From Candidatus Latescibacterota bacterium (GTDB taxonomy: Bacteria > JAAXHH01): a stretch of 64,000 nt of DNA. The stretch spans positions 1,125,045-1,189,044 of the forward strand of contig JAJEAN010000007.1 in the NCBI GenBank assembly GCA_022822725.1, in the 5' to 3' direction. The first letter of the stretch is position 1, and each line of letters starts with the position of its first letter. The notes under the pieces are model-generated. The model ran no database searches, was not told where the DNA came from, and was given only the letters and a program-made list of their open reading frames with translations. Of this stretch, positions 40,626 through 50,077 are shown in pieces. The translations under genes were made by a program, and so were the position numbers.

Positions 40626-42845
40626 ATGGCTTCCAGCGCAACTGAACATACAACCTCATCACGCGCGGGTTTGTTCTCAGGACAGCGCATCGCCTCAGGA
40701 CAGCGCATCGCTGCGATAACCACCGGCTTCACCTCCGGCCTGGGCCTCCTCGTCGCACAGGTCGCGTACGGCAGCTATATCTTCTCAGGTCCGCTGGCTC
40801 CGTATGCTTCCCAGGGGGTGGGACTGGTGTTGTTCGGAAACTTCGCGGCCTGCCTGATCATCGCCCTGGCGGGCGGCTTCCGCGGGGCGATCGCCGGCCT
40901 TTCACCCGCGCTGGTCATCGCCATGGCGGTTATTGGTTCCTCGCTGGACGCGGAAGGCGACGTGTTGTACGTCACTACCGCAAGCGCCCTGATCATTTGC
41001 GCCGTGGTAACCGGATTCTGCTGCCTCGCCATCGGCAGATTGCGGCTTGCCAACCTGGTACGCTTCATTCCCTATCCCGTGACGGGCGGTTTCGTCGCGG
41101 GTATCGGCGGCGCGGTCTGTCTTGCGGCCATGGCCCTGATGGGCGCGGACCTGCACTGGCGGACGATGCTCACGATCCTGGAACCCGGTGTACTCTGGAA
41201 GTGGATTCCCGGCGTGATCTATGGCGCCGCACTGTATTTCGCCATCAAAAAGTGGGGCAATCCGCTTATCCTGCCCGTCAGCGTGCTGGCGGCCGTCGTT
41301 GTCTATCACCTGGTGCTTGAAACGCTTGGCATCTCCGGTGACGAGGCGAGGGCGGCCGGACTCCTTCTGACGAGTACGGCGGAGGGGAACCTGTGGCCTT
41401 CCCTGTGGCCCGCCGACCTGCTCGGGGTGGACTGGGGCCTGATGGCTTCCCAGGCCCATCATATGGTCATGCTGATCGTCGTCGCCTTCATCAGCGTCGT
41501 CATGAACTACGCGGGACTCGAGTTGGCCACGAACGAGGAGCTGGACTGGGACAGGGAGTTCAGGGTGACCGGCTTCGCAAGCCTGGCCGCGGGCCTGGGC
41601 GGCTGCACGGTCGTGACCTATATCGTGCCCGCGTCCCTGCGCAGCAAGCTGTTCGGGGCCATGACCAGGATGACCGGCGTGGTCGCGGCGCTGGTCATAG
41701 GCTTCGCGCTGTTCCTGGGTGACGGCATGCTGGAATACGTGCCCGCACCACTCGTGGGAGGCATCCTGGTCTTCGCCGGCCTGGGCATGCTGGACGAGGG
41801 GCTGGTCAAATGCTGGAGGCGCCTCCCCAGGCTGGAATACGGTATCATCCTGCTGATTTTCATTGCAGTCACAACCTGGGGATTGCTCGAGGGGATTGGC
41901 ATCGGAATGCTCGTAACCCTCGTGTTTTTCGCAGTACGCCTCAGTCGCGTGGAACCCATCGCTTCGCGGTTTTCCCTGCAGGACCGCAAAAGCACCAAGG
42001 CTCGCCCCGTTCCCGACCGCACTATTCTGCTCCGGGAAGGTCAGCGGGTCCGGGGGTTCCGGTTGCGGGGCTATCTGTTCTTCGGCAGCGTCTACCCGCT
42101 GGCCGATCGGCTGAAACAGACCATGAGCGGCGATGCCAGGCCCGTTTGCATCCTGGTGGACTTCGCCGCCGTTTCCGGGTACGACTTCTCGGCCGTAAGT
42201 GTCCTGGGCAGGTTTTTGAGCGCGGCCCATGGGGCGGGGACGCGGGTCGTGTTGTGCGCATTGCCGGAGGGTCTGCGTGAAGGCCTCGAACGGGACCTAC
42301 CACCCGCCGTGTTCGAACATCTCGATTTCGAACAGGACCTGGACCACGCCATCGAACGCTGCGAGGATGCCGTCCTGGAGGGTTGGAATCTCCCCGGCGA
42401 TCCGTCGGCGGAACGGCGGTTCTCGTTGCTGGAGCATACCGCTGACGATCTCGAGCACCACCTGGACCGCCTGATCGTCTTTGAAAACCTGGTGGAATCG
42501 TTGCAGCAGTGGCTGACTCCACAACAGTATGCCACCGGCGAAGTGCTCGTGGGACCGGATGCGCCCGCGGAAAACCTCCAACTCCTGCTGGCGGGGAGGG
42601 CTTCAGGCTATGACGCTTCGGGGGTGCGTCTGTTTCAATGCGTTCCGGGAGACGGCATATGGCCGAGTGACAGCCCTGCCCGGAAAGCGATTCGCGTGGT
42701 CGCGGACGAACCCTGCCGGACGATGGTGCTGACCCCGGTTACCCGCGAGTGGCTGGAACAGCACAGGCAACAACTGACCCTCGGTCTGTACCGGTACCTG
42801 CTGGAAGGTCGGCACCCGTCGGAAACCGACCCGGACTCCTCCTGA
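40626..42845 (+). CDS. SulP-family anion transporter with C-terminal STAS and extra regulatory domain
   Basis: 739 aa; Sulfate_transp core, STAS domain; the N-terminus carries an SGQRIA x2 duplication. Confidence 0.8.
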   Translation: MASSATEHTTSSRAGLFSGQRIASGQRIAAITTGFTSGLGLLVAQVAYGSYIFSGPLAPYASQGVGLVLFGNFAACLIIALAGGFRGAIAGLSPALVIAMAVIGSSLDAEGDVLYVTTASALIICAVVTGFCCLAIGRLRLANLVRFIPYPVTGGFVAGIGGAVCLAAMALMGADLHWRTMLTILEPGVLWKWIPGVIYGAALYFAIKKWGNPLILPVSVLAAVVVYHLVLETLGISGDEARAAGLLLTSTAEGNLWPSLWPADLLGVDWGLMASQAHHMVMLIVVAFISVVMNYAGLELATNEELDWDREFRVTGFASLAAGLGGCTVVTYIVPASLRSKLFGAMTRMTGVVAALVIGFALFLGDGMLEYVPAPLVGGILVFAGLGMLDEGLVKCWRRLPRLEYGIILLIFIAVTTWGLLEGIGIGMLVTLVFFAVRLSRVEPIASRFSLQDRKSTKARPVPDRTILLREGQRVRGFRLRGYLFFGSVYPLADRLKQTMSGDARPVCILVDFAAVSGYDFSAVSVLGRFLSAAHGAGTRVVLCALPEGLREGLERDLPPAVFEHLDFEQDLDHAIERCEDAVLEGWNLPGDPSAERRFSLLEHTADDLEHHLDRLIVFENLVESLQQWLTPQQYATGEVLVGPDAPAENLQLLLAGRASGYDASGVRLFQCVPGDGIWPSDSPARKAIRVVADEPCRTMVLTPVTREWLEQHRQQLTLGLYRYLLEGRHPSETDPDSS
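40676..40711. repeat. 18 bp x2 perfect tandem duplication
   Basis: ctcaggacagcgcatcgc x2 in the sulP 5' region. Confidence 0.9.
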
Positions 42846-42891
42846 AGCTTTCCGACTTCTGACTGGACATTTTCAGTTTTGGGGTATATGC

Positions 42892-43680
42892 CTAGAACTC
42901 GTAAGCGGTCTCCAGCGGCTGCCCTTCCTCGATGGCCCGTCGCGACCTGGTTTCTTTCTCCTCCAGTTCCCCGATCTGCCGTATGACGTCCGGCAACGCC
43001 GCGCTTGGAAAGGCCATCACGCCGTTCACGTCCGCGGCGACCACGTCGCCCGGGGCGATTTCGATTCCTCCACAGACCACCGGCACGTTGGCGGCTACCG
43101 GACGGATCACCGAACCGGGGCCGTAGAGACAGATCCCCGCCGCGTAGACCGGCAGGCCGACTTCTTCCATGCCCTCGATATCCCGGCAGCCGCCGTCGGT
43201 GACCAGGCCGGACAGGCCCTTCTGACGACAGGCCAGTACGATCACGTCTCCGAACATGCTGAGAATCTCGCTGGTACCGCTGGCGGTCACCCAGATCGAG
43301 CCGGGTTCCGCTTCGTCCACGGGACGAAAGACGAAGGAACGGATATCGTCTCTCGTGGTCGGGGTGCCTGTCTCTTCGTACTTCGTCGTCACGGCCGGGC
43401 CCACGATCGTACCCCGGACCGGGAACATCGGGCGTACGCTACGGGACATGGCCAGGCTTGTGCGGTCGTGGCCCAGCCGGACCAGCGCGTCCATGATCAG
43501 GGGGGTAGGCACGTTTCGGAGCGCATTGAACACCGTCCTGTCTGCTGATGCCGATGCATCGCGATCCATATCCTGTGCGCCTTGTGCCGTGGCCAGGTTG
43601 GCCAGGCTTCCCGCTGCGGTTATGGCCATCCCGGTCTTCAGAAACCCTCTGCGAGACAGGTTCCGGTCTTCTGAGATCAT
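42892..43680 (-). CDS. RraA-family (RraA/HMG-CHA aldolase/MenG-like) protein with a twin-arginine signal peptide
   Basis: Tat motif SRRGFLK plus h-region TGMAITAAGSLANLATAQG, followed by the RraA fold (..GDVIVLACRQ.. GGCRD..). Confidence 0.75.
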   Translation of the reverse strand: MISEDRNLSRRGFLKTGMAITAAGSLANLATAQGAQDMDRDASASADRTVFNALRNVPTPLIMDALVRLGHDRTSLAMSRSVRPMFPVRGTIVGPAVTTKYEETGTPTTRDDIRSFVFRPVDEAEPGSIWVTASGTSEILSMFGDVIVLACRQKGLSGLVTDGGCRDIEGMEEVGLPVYAAGICLYGPGSVIRPVAANVPVVCGGIEIAPGDVVAADVNGVMAFPSAALPDVIRQIGELEEKETRSRRAIEEGQPLETAYEF

Positions 43681-43771
43681 GATCCACTCCCCTGGTTATT
43701 GAGGTGCAAGGTCCGCGCCGGCAACGGTACCGGCTGTCATCCGACTTCCAGCCCAACTGGCGATTAATCTA

Positions 43772-43800
43772 TTGATACGGCGGTATTTCCCGTCTATAAT
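43772..43800 (+). promoter_or_regulatory. Near-consensus sigma70 promoter for the LarA-family gene
   Basis: -35 TTGATA at 43772-43777, exactly 17 nt of spacer, -10 TATAAT at 43795-43800. Confidence 0.55.
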
Positions 43801-43834
43801 TACGATACCTGTCTGAAATCCCTAATGTATAGAC
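43792..43834. promoter_or_regulatory. 7 bp inverted repeat (GTCTATA..TATAGAC) overlapping the -10 and +1 region; candidate operator
   Basis: Arms at 43792-43798 and 43828-43834, with an inner tgtctg..cagaca pair, in an AT-rich island. Confidence 0.4.
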
Positions 43835-43904
43835 AGATAGACCGAAGTCCGCTCGCTCCAATCCTTTACGTTGCACGGTGCCTTCCCGTTACACGAGGTG
43901 CGCG

Positions 43905-45500
43905 ATGAAATACCTTACCTATTCCGGCAACAACATCATTCACGCCGAACTGCCGGAAGAAGCATCGGTGTTCTTTCCGCCGCCGCCGCTGCCGGGAATC
44001 CCGAATAAAGACATCCCGGGCCGGGTCAGGGCGGCCTTCGAATCCCCCCTGGACATGCCGCCTTTGGAAGAACTGGTCGACGAGAAGAGTCGGATCCTCA
44101 TCGCCTTCGATGACAACTGCCAGCCCTTTCCGGCCACCGCGCCGCCCGATATCCGCCAGCTCGCCATCGAGGCGCTGCTGGACCTGCTCGACAGCTACGG
44201 GGTGAAGCAGGAGAACATCGAACTCATGTGCGCGGTCGCGCTGCACCGCAAGATGAAGACCCACGAAATGGCGGCCATGCTGGGCAAGCGGATCATGAAG
44301 GCCTTCCACCCCCGTCAACTGGTCAACTTCGACGCCGAAGATCCCGACGACATCGTCGTACTGGGCACGACCGAGGAGGGCGAACCGGTGGAGACCAGCA
44401 GAAAGGTCATCGAGAGCGACCTGGTGATCTACGTGGACTCCATACAGATTCCCCTGAACGGCGGGCACAAGTCCGTGGCCGTCGGCCTGGGCACCTACAA
44501 CAGCATCGCGCCGCACCACGCGCCCCAGATGACCGCGGAAAAACCTCACGTCATGCAGCCCGAAGGTTCGGACATGCACGGATCGATCGAGCGCATCAGC
44601 CGCGTCATCCTGAAGCACACCCGCATCATGGTCCTCGAGGCCGCCATGAATAACGCGTCCTATCCGCCCATGATGCGCTATCTCAGCAAACCGGCCGAGC
44701 GGTGCAACCTTTTCGAGAAAATCCTGAAGGCGACGACGCCGACTTCCATGGGCCTGCTGCCCGAATCGTTGCGCTTCCGGGTCTTCAAGGGCATTCAGAG
44801 CGCCTACCTGCCCGTCGATATCAACGCCGGATCCATCGACGCCGTCCACGAACCGACCTTGCAGACCCTGAAAGACCAGCTGCTGGTCACGACCGACCAC
44901 CAGCACGATACACTGGTCTTCGGCCTGCCCGATCTCAGTCCCTACTCCGTCGGAACGCGGATCAACCCCGTCCTGGTCCTTAGCGACGTCCTCGGCTACG
45001 TCTTCAACTGGTTCTACAACAAGCCCTTCGTCAAGCCGGGGGGCGTGGTGATCATCCTGAACCCGGTCTTCGAATTCTTCCACCCGGAGTATCACGTCGC
45101 CTACGAGAAGTTCTGGAACGAGGTGCTGCCCGAAACCCAGGACCCCTTCGAGATGCAATCAGGGTTCCAGGAAAAGTTCGCCCGGGACCCTCACCTGGTC
45201 GACTGCTACCGGAACCGCTTCGCCCACCACGGCTTCCATCCCTTCACCGTCTGGTACTGGGCGACCTATCCGTTGAAATACCTGTCCCGGGTAATCCTGG
45301 CCGGACCAAAAACCGACTTCGCCGCCAAAAGGCTGGGGGTGTCCTGGGCGCCGGACCTGGAGCACGCCCTGGGCCAGGCCCGCGAAGTTACCGGCGGCGA
45401 CGACGTGGTGGCTCTTACAATCCCCCCCTTCATGTACATGCAGGTGAACGACGGCACGGCCGGCCTGAGCAGGCACGGCCAGGCCAGCGCGGCCGGCTAG
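43905..45500 (+). CDS. LarA-family (nickel-pincer-nucleotide-dependent 2-hydroxyacid racemase/epimerase) homolog
   Basis: MKYLTYSGNNIIHAELPE.., RILIAFDDNCQPFP (DHTRP-like), GGHKSV (the cofactor-lysine motif GGRKSV in LarA); 531 aa counted from 43905. Confidence 0.7.
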   Translation: MKYLTYSGNNIIHAELPEEASVFFPPPPLPGIPNKDIPGRVRAAFESPLDMPPLEELVDEKSRILIAFDDNCQPFPATAPPDIRQLAIEALLDLLDSYGVKQENIELMCAVALHRKMKTHEMAAMLGKRIMKAFHPRQLVNFDAEDPDDIVVLGTTEEGEPVETSRKVIESDLVIYVDSIQIPLNGGHKSVAVGLGTYNSIAPHHAPQMTAEKPHVMQPEGSDMHGSIERISRVILKHTRIMVLEAAMNNASYPPMMRYLSKPAERCNLFEKILKATTPTSMGLLPESLRFRVFKGIQSAYLPVDINAGSIDAVHEPTLQTLKDQLLVTTDHQHDTLVFGLPDLSPYSVGTRINPVLVLSDVLGYVFNWFYNKPFVKPGGVVIILNPVFEFFHPEYHVAYEKFWNEVLPETQDPFEMQSGFQEKFARDPHLVDCYRNRFAHHGFHPFTVWYWATYPLKYLSRVILAGPKTDFAAKRLGVSWAPDLEHALGQAREVTGGDDVVALTIPPFMYMQVNDGTAGLSRHGQASAAG

Positions 45501-45560
45501 GTCAACGCGACAGTTCAGCGCGGCCGGCCTGAGCAGGCACGGCCAGGTCAGCGCGGCCGG
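45461..45560. repeat. Two 36 bp direct repeats (1 mismatch) 64 bp apart, spanning the LarA-family stop codon
   Basis: cggcctgagcaggcacggccagg(c/t)cagcgcggccgg at 45461-45496 and 45525-45560. Confidence 0.8.
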
Positions 45561-46592
45561 TTAAGTCAGCGCGCGGCGGAGTCTTCCCACCAGGTCGGGG
45601 GACGGCGTGAAGGGCAGGGCAACGACCGCCCGGTCCAACGCACTTTCGTAAATCCCCAGCATCACGGCGAAATCGCTGAGCGCCGAGTCGATGTTCAGCG
45701 GATGAACGGCGGTGTCGTCCGCCAGCCAGTCGATCATCGCTTCGGTCATCGCCGCCTGGCCGAGAACGTCCTCCTCCGCGTAGTCGTGTTCCCCGCGCGC
45801 ATGTTTATGGTCGATCCTGGATTCCCAGCCGTGCATGGTCCAGTGCACGAAACCTCGCTCCCCGTACACCGCGATCCGCTTGTGGACGTTTGCCGCTCCG
45901 CCGGGGATGACGCGCGGGGCAGTGGCGCCGCAACGCAATAACGCGCTCACGCCATTGTCGTAGTTGATGACCCCTGCGCACTCGTCCGGCGCGTAGTGGT
46001 GTCGGGGCGTTTCAGCCAGCCCTTCCGCACCGGAGACCTGCCCGAAAACGTCGACAGGCGCCGCATCGGGATTGAAAGCGCCTATGGCCTGCAGCGCGTG
46101 CGTACCCTGGTAGGCCGGGTTCATCCCGGCACTGGCCTCGATGAAGCGCAGATTCCCGATGGCGCCGTCTTTCACCAGCCTTTGCAGCCGGCTTCGGCGC
46201 GGATGGAAGTGAAGCTGGTGGTTGACGGCGATCTTGACACGGGCCTTCCGCGCGAAGTCCCTGATCGCCAGGAAATCCTCGCCCTGGATGGCCAGGGGTT
46301 TTTCGACCAGTACGGCCGGGACGCCCGCCGCCTCCGCCGCTTCGAAGATCTCCAGGCGTACAGACGGCGGCGTGTTTACATGGACCAGGTCGGGTTTCTC
46401 CCGCGCGAACATCTCGCGGTAGTCCGTGTACCGCGCAGGTACGTCGAATGCCGACCCAAACGCCTCGAGCTTGTCCCGCCGGCGACTCGATACGGCCACC
46501 AGCCGGCCGCGCTCGACGTGCCGATAGGCCTCGGCCAGCCCGCGGGCCCTCCCGCCGCTGACCCCGATGATTGCGCTCTTGATCATGCTCAT
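45561..46592 (-). CDS. Gfo/Idh/MocA family oxidoreductase
   Basis: IIGVSGG Rossmann and VEKP. The start at MSMIKS (46592) is inferred. Confidence 0.8.
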   Translation of the reverse strand: MSMIKSAIIGVSGGRARGLAEAYRHVERGRLVAVSSRRRDKLEAFGSAFDVPARYTDYREMFAREKPDLVHVNTPPSVRLEIFEAAEAAGVPAVLVEKPLAIQGEDFLAIRDFARKARVKIAVNHQLHFHPRRSRLQRLVKDGAIGNLRFIEASAGMNPAYQGTHALQAIGAFNPDAAPVDVFGQVSGAEGLAETPRHHYAPDECAGVINYDNGVSALLRCGATAPRVIPGGAANVHKRIAVYGERGFVHWTMHGWESRIDHKHARGEHDYAEEDVLGQAAMTEAMIDWLADDTAVHPLNIDSALSDFAVMLGIYESALDRAVVALPFTPSPDLVGRLRRALT

Positions 46593-46644
46593 GTTCGACT
46601 CGCCCGTTCGACGGTACGCGCCCCGGATGGTACCGGCAAGCACT

Positions 46645-47664
46645 TCAGGACCAGGGCTGGATGACGACCTTCGCGCATTCGCCGGTCACCTGCGTTTCCC
46701 AAGCCTGCTGGATATCGTCCAGGGGAAACAGGTGAGTGATGAATCGATCCAGTTTTTCCGGATTCCGCGCGATGACGCCCATGATGTCGTGGGCGCCCTT
46801 CATGTTGTAATGCCAGGACCCCTTCAGATCGATGCCCTTGCGGATCATGTCGGGACTTACGACCAGCCGCGTTTCCGAGCCGCTCTCGCCGACGAAAGCG
46901 AGGCTCCCTCTCCTGCGCAGTGCGTCAATGCAGAACCTGTGTGCGGCCGGCGAACCCGAGCAATCGATGGCCTTGTCCACCCCGATGCCGCCGGTCAGGT
47001 CGCGTATGCGTTCCATCGCGTGTTCGTCCCGGGGATCGATGACGTAGGCAGCGCCCAGTTCCCTGGCCTTCAAAGTTCGGTAGGGATGGGATTCCACGGC
47101 AATGACCTCGGCGCCCAGATGGCCGGCGCAGATCACGCCGCCCAGGCCTACCGGACCCATCCCGGTGATCAGTACGGTCTCGCCGCCGCGGACTCGCAGG
47201 CGGTCCAGCGCGCCGAACGTCGGTCCCAGCCCGCAGCAGGCCATGGCCCCGTGCTCATAGGACATGCCATCGGGGATCGGCGTCAGCAGCCAGTCCGGCT
47301 TGAGCATGTACTGGGCCAGGGTCGCCATCCCTTCTTCAGAACCGGTAAACCCGGCGAAATCCACGCCGTTTTCGCAGTGTATGTAGTCGCCGGAACGGCA
47401 TAGCGAACAGCCTCCGCAAGGATACCCCGGCATGACCACCACCCGGTCTCCCACCTGCGCCCGACCAGGCTGCGCGACCTCGACGACTTCGCCGGACGCC
47501 TCGTGGCCGAGATAGTCCGCCCTGTTGCCGGCGGCAAATCCCTTATACTCGGTGCAGAGCGGCGCCGCGTGTATCTTGATCAGTACCCAGTTATCCTTCG
47601 GTTTCGGTATGGCGGCCTCTACGATCCCGCCCTGCGTTTTGCCCAGAATTACCGCTCTTTTCAC
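46645..47664 (-). CDS. Zinc-dependent MDR alcohol/polyol dehydrogenase
   Basis: GHEASGEV and C-x2-C-x2-C-x7-C structural zinc; GMGPVG Rossmann. It lies 1 nt upstream of the Gfo gene. Confidence 0.85.
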   Translation of the reverse strand: MKRAVILGKTQGGIVEAAIPKPKDNWVLIKIHAAPLCTEYKGFAAGNRADYLGHEASGEVVEVAQPGRAQVGDRVVVMPGYPCGGCSLCRSGDYIHCENGVDFAGFTGSEEGMATLAQYMLKPDWLLTPIPDGMSYEHGAMACCGLGPTFGALDRLRVRGGETVLITGMGPVGLGGVICAGHLGAEVIAVESHPYRTLKARELGAAYVIDPRDEHAMERIRDLTGGIGVDKAIDCSGSPAAHRFCIDALRRRGSLAFVGESGSETRLVVSPDMIRKGIDLKGSWHYNMKGAHDIMGVIARNPEKLDRFITHLFPLDDIQQAWETQVTGECAKVVIQPWS

Positions 47665-47797
47665 AGGAGATTACTCCCACGGGAAACCGGGTTTCAAATC
47701 ATGGTCCGCCATCGAAAGGCCGTGCGATTCGTAAGCTGCAATATAAGCCCCGTCCGAACTTGACGCAACCTGCCGAAGGCTGTTACTTGGTAAGTCG

Positions 47798-49045
47798 ATG
47801 AGCAGACTCTACCACAACGAGTCCGGCCGGGTCATTCCCGCGTTTTGCGAGGAACTTACCCGGTTCCGGCGGGCCCGTGTCATCCTCGATCTGCCGGCAA
47901 CCCGGTCAGACGCGGTCCTGTTCGTGCTGGTCCGGCCCCATCGGGTCGACGGCAATCCGCTGAACTGGTCTGTCAACGGGGTTCGTCAGGCGGATATCGA
48001 TGCGGAGCCGGATCTCCACTACAGATGGTACGAGGGAACCGTTAAGGCCGGTGACCTGCGCGAAGGAGACAACGTGGTGGAGCTATGGACCGAAGACCGC
48101 GCGATGACGGGGTGGTCGCTCGCGCTGGAGGCCGGCGGCGCCCGGTCACGCTGTGCACTGACCGACGATGGCGGAACCAACTGGCGCTACGACCGTATGG
48201 GATACCTGAACGCGGTCCAGGGGAATTACTGCGTGCGTGTCCGGCTGCAGGAAGGCCGGGACGACCCGCCTCCCGAGATGGCGTGGGAATCCGTCGATCA
48301 TCCCAGGGTACGGTCGCTCCGAGATCTTCTCCCGCGCGGCGCCAGGAACGGCTCCGATCGGTATGCCCAGGTACGGGAGCTGTCTTCCTGGCTGGCTTCG
48401 AGCTGGGAGCATTCAGGATCCGCACGGGCGACGGCCTACACGCCCTGGGACGCCGAAACCATTCTCGCCTGGGGCGGCAGCCGGCGCGGTCACAATGGCG
48501 AGCGCCCCATTGCCATGTGCGTGCATTACGCCGTAGCCTTTGTCAGTGCCTGCCAGGCGCTTCGGATTCCGGCGCGCTGCGCGATACTGATGGGCACGCC
48601 GAACAGCTTCGAAGGCCATTTCGTGGCGGAGGTATGGTTCGACGAGTATCGGAAATGGGTGATGGTCGACCCGAACTGTGACGCAATCCTTTTCCGGAAT
48701 GGGCAACCGCTGTCCATCGAAGAAATTCAGGCATTGGGAGACCGGCTGGAACCATACGTGGAATGGGGCAGGGGTTCGAGGTACCAGCGGACCTTCGCTC
48801 ACATACGTGCATTCATTCGAACCAGTCTGCTTCGGGGAGTGTGTTTCCGGCACCGAAGCGTCTGGCCGCGGACGGACTTCCTGTCCCATCCCGAGTTTTC
48901 TCCGCCCGGTCACGGGTCGGTATCCTACTGTGAGACCGACCTGGTCTGGACGGAAAAGGACGTGGAGGACGGATTCGGGATGTTCCGGTATTTTGCGCCG
49001 GCCGCTTACTTTACGGCGCCACCCGACAGGGCCGCCTATGCCTGA
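47798..49045 (+). CDS. Transglutaminase-like (papain-fold Cys-His-Asp) domain protein
   Basis: Catalytic Cys context IAMCVHYAVAFVSACQALRIPARC, His in GHFVAEVWF and Asp in WVMVDP. Confidence 0.7.
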   Translation: MSRLYHNESGRVIPAFCEELTRFRRARVILDLPATRSDAVLFVLVRPHRVDGNPLNWSVNGVRQADIDAEPDLHYRWYEGTVKAGDLREGDNVVELWTEDRAMTGWSLALEAGGARSRCALTDDGGTNWRYDRMGYLNAVQGNYCVRVRLQEGRDDPPPEMAWESVDHPRVRSLRDLLPRGARNGSDRYAQVRELSSWLASSWEHSGSARATAYTPWDAETILAWGGSRRGHNGERPIAMCVHYAVAFVSACQALRIPARCAILMGTPNSFEGHFVAEVWFDEYRKWVMVDPNCDAILFRNGQPLSIEEIQALGDRLEPYVEWGRGSRYQRTFAHIRAFIRTSLLRGVCFRHRSVWPRTDFLSHPEFSPPGHGSVSYCETDLVWTEKDVEDGFGMFRYFAPAAYFTAPPDRAAYA

Positions 49046-50051
49046 TCTGATCACGAGTGAAGAACTGCTGATCGACCGGATGACGGCCCCGTCGCAACGG
49101 GTCACCGAGGCCGTATCGGAACTGGACGGCGACGTGGCGATCCTGGGCGTCGGCGGCAAGATGGGACCGACGCTGGCGGAACTCCTCGTGCGGGCCGGCG
49201 CCCGGCGTGTGATCGGCGTCTCCCGGTTCAGCGACGCCATGGTAAAAGCCTACCTGGAAGACGCGGGCGTGGAAACGGTTCAGGCGGACCTGCTTGACGA
49301 GGCGGACCTGGCCCGTCTGCCCGATGCCGCAAACATCCTCTTTCTCGCGGGATTCAAGTTCGGCGCCACGGGCAACACGCCGATGACGTGGGCGATGAAC
49401 GCATGGCTGCCCGGCCGGATCATGCGCCGGTATGCCGGCTCCCGTATCATCTATGTCAGTTCGGGCAACGTGTACGCCTATTCACCGGTAACCGGAGCCG
49501 GCTCCGACGAAGAGGCCGAAATCGGACCGGTAGGCGAATACGCCCAGTCGAGACTGGGTGGAGAACGCATCACCGAGCATCTCTGCGTCGAACAGGGCAC
49601 GCCCCTGCTCATCGTCCGGCTGTTTTACGCCACGGAATTGCGCTATGGCATCATGCACGACCTCGCCAGGAAGATCCACGACGACGTGCCGATCGACCTC
49701 GCCATGGGCCATGTAAACCAGATCTGGCAGGGAGACGCGAACAGCTACCTCGCGCGCTTGTTCCCGTTCTGCAGCAGTCCGGCCACGGTCCTGAATATGA
49801 CGGGACCGGATAAACTCTCCGTCCGCGGGGTGTCCGAAATGCTTGGGCGGCGAATGGAGCGTGAGCCGCTTTTTACCGGCCACGAGAGCGATACGGCGCT
49901 GCTTGGCGACGCCCGCAGACTGTTCGACAGGCTGGGCAGACCGGAGATGCCAATTGAGCGGATTGCCGACTGGGTGGCCCATTGGATTAGCATCGGGGGC
50001 CGAAGTCTCGATAAGCCCACGGGATATGAGTCCCGGTCCGGCCGTTTCTGA
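49038..50051 (+). CDS. NAD(P)-dependent epimerase/dehydratase-family oxidoreductase
   Basis: ATG at 49038 overlaps the upstream stop (ATGCCTGA); Rossmann ILGVGGKMG; 337 aa. Confidence 0.7.
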   Translation: MPDLITSEELLIDRMTAPSQRVTEAVSELDGDVAILGVGGKMGPTLAELLVRAGARRVIGVSRFSDAMVKAYLEDAGVETVQADLLDEADLARLPDAANILFLAGFKFGATGNTPMTWAMNAWLPGRIMRRYAGSRIIYVSSGNVYAYSPVTGAGSDEEAEIGPVGEYAQSRLGGERITEHLCVEQGTPLLIVRLFYATELRYGIMHDLARKIHDDVPIDLAMGHVNQIWQGDANSYLARLFPFCSSPATVLNMTGPDKLSVRGVSEMLGRRMEREPLFTGHESDTALLGDARRLFDRLGRPEMPIERIADWVAHWISIGGRSLDKPTGYESRSGRF

Positions 50052-50077
50052 ATACGGAACATGTACTGGAGTCTATC

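Noticed and set aside
40902-42230. 442 aa - strand ORF
   Set aside because: Antisense to the SulP transporter.
43866-45158. 430 aa - strand ORF
   Set aside because: Antisense to the LarA-family gene.
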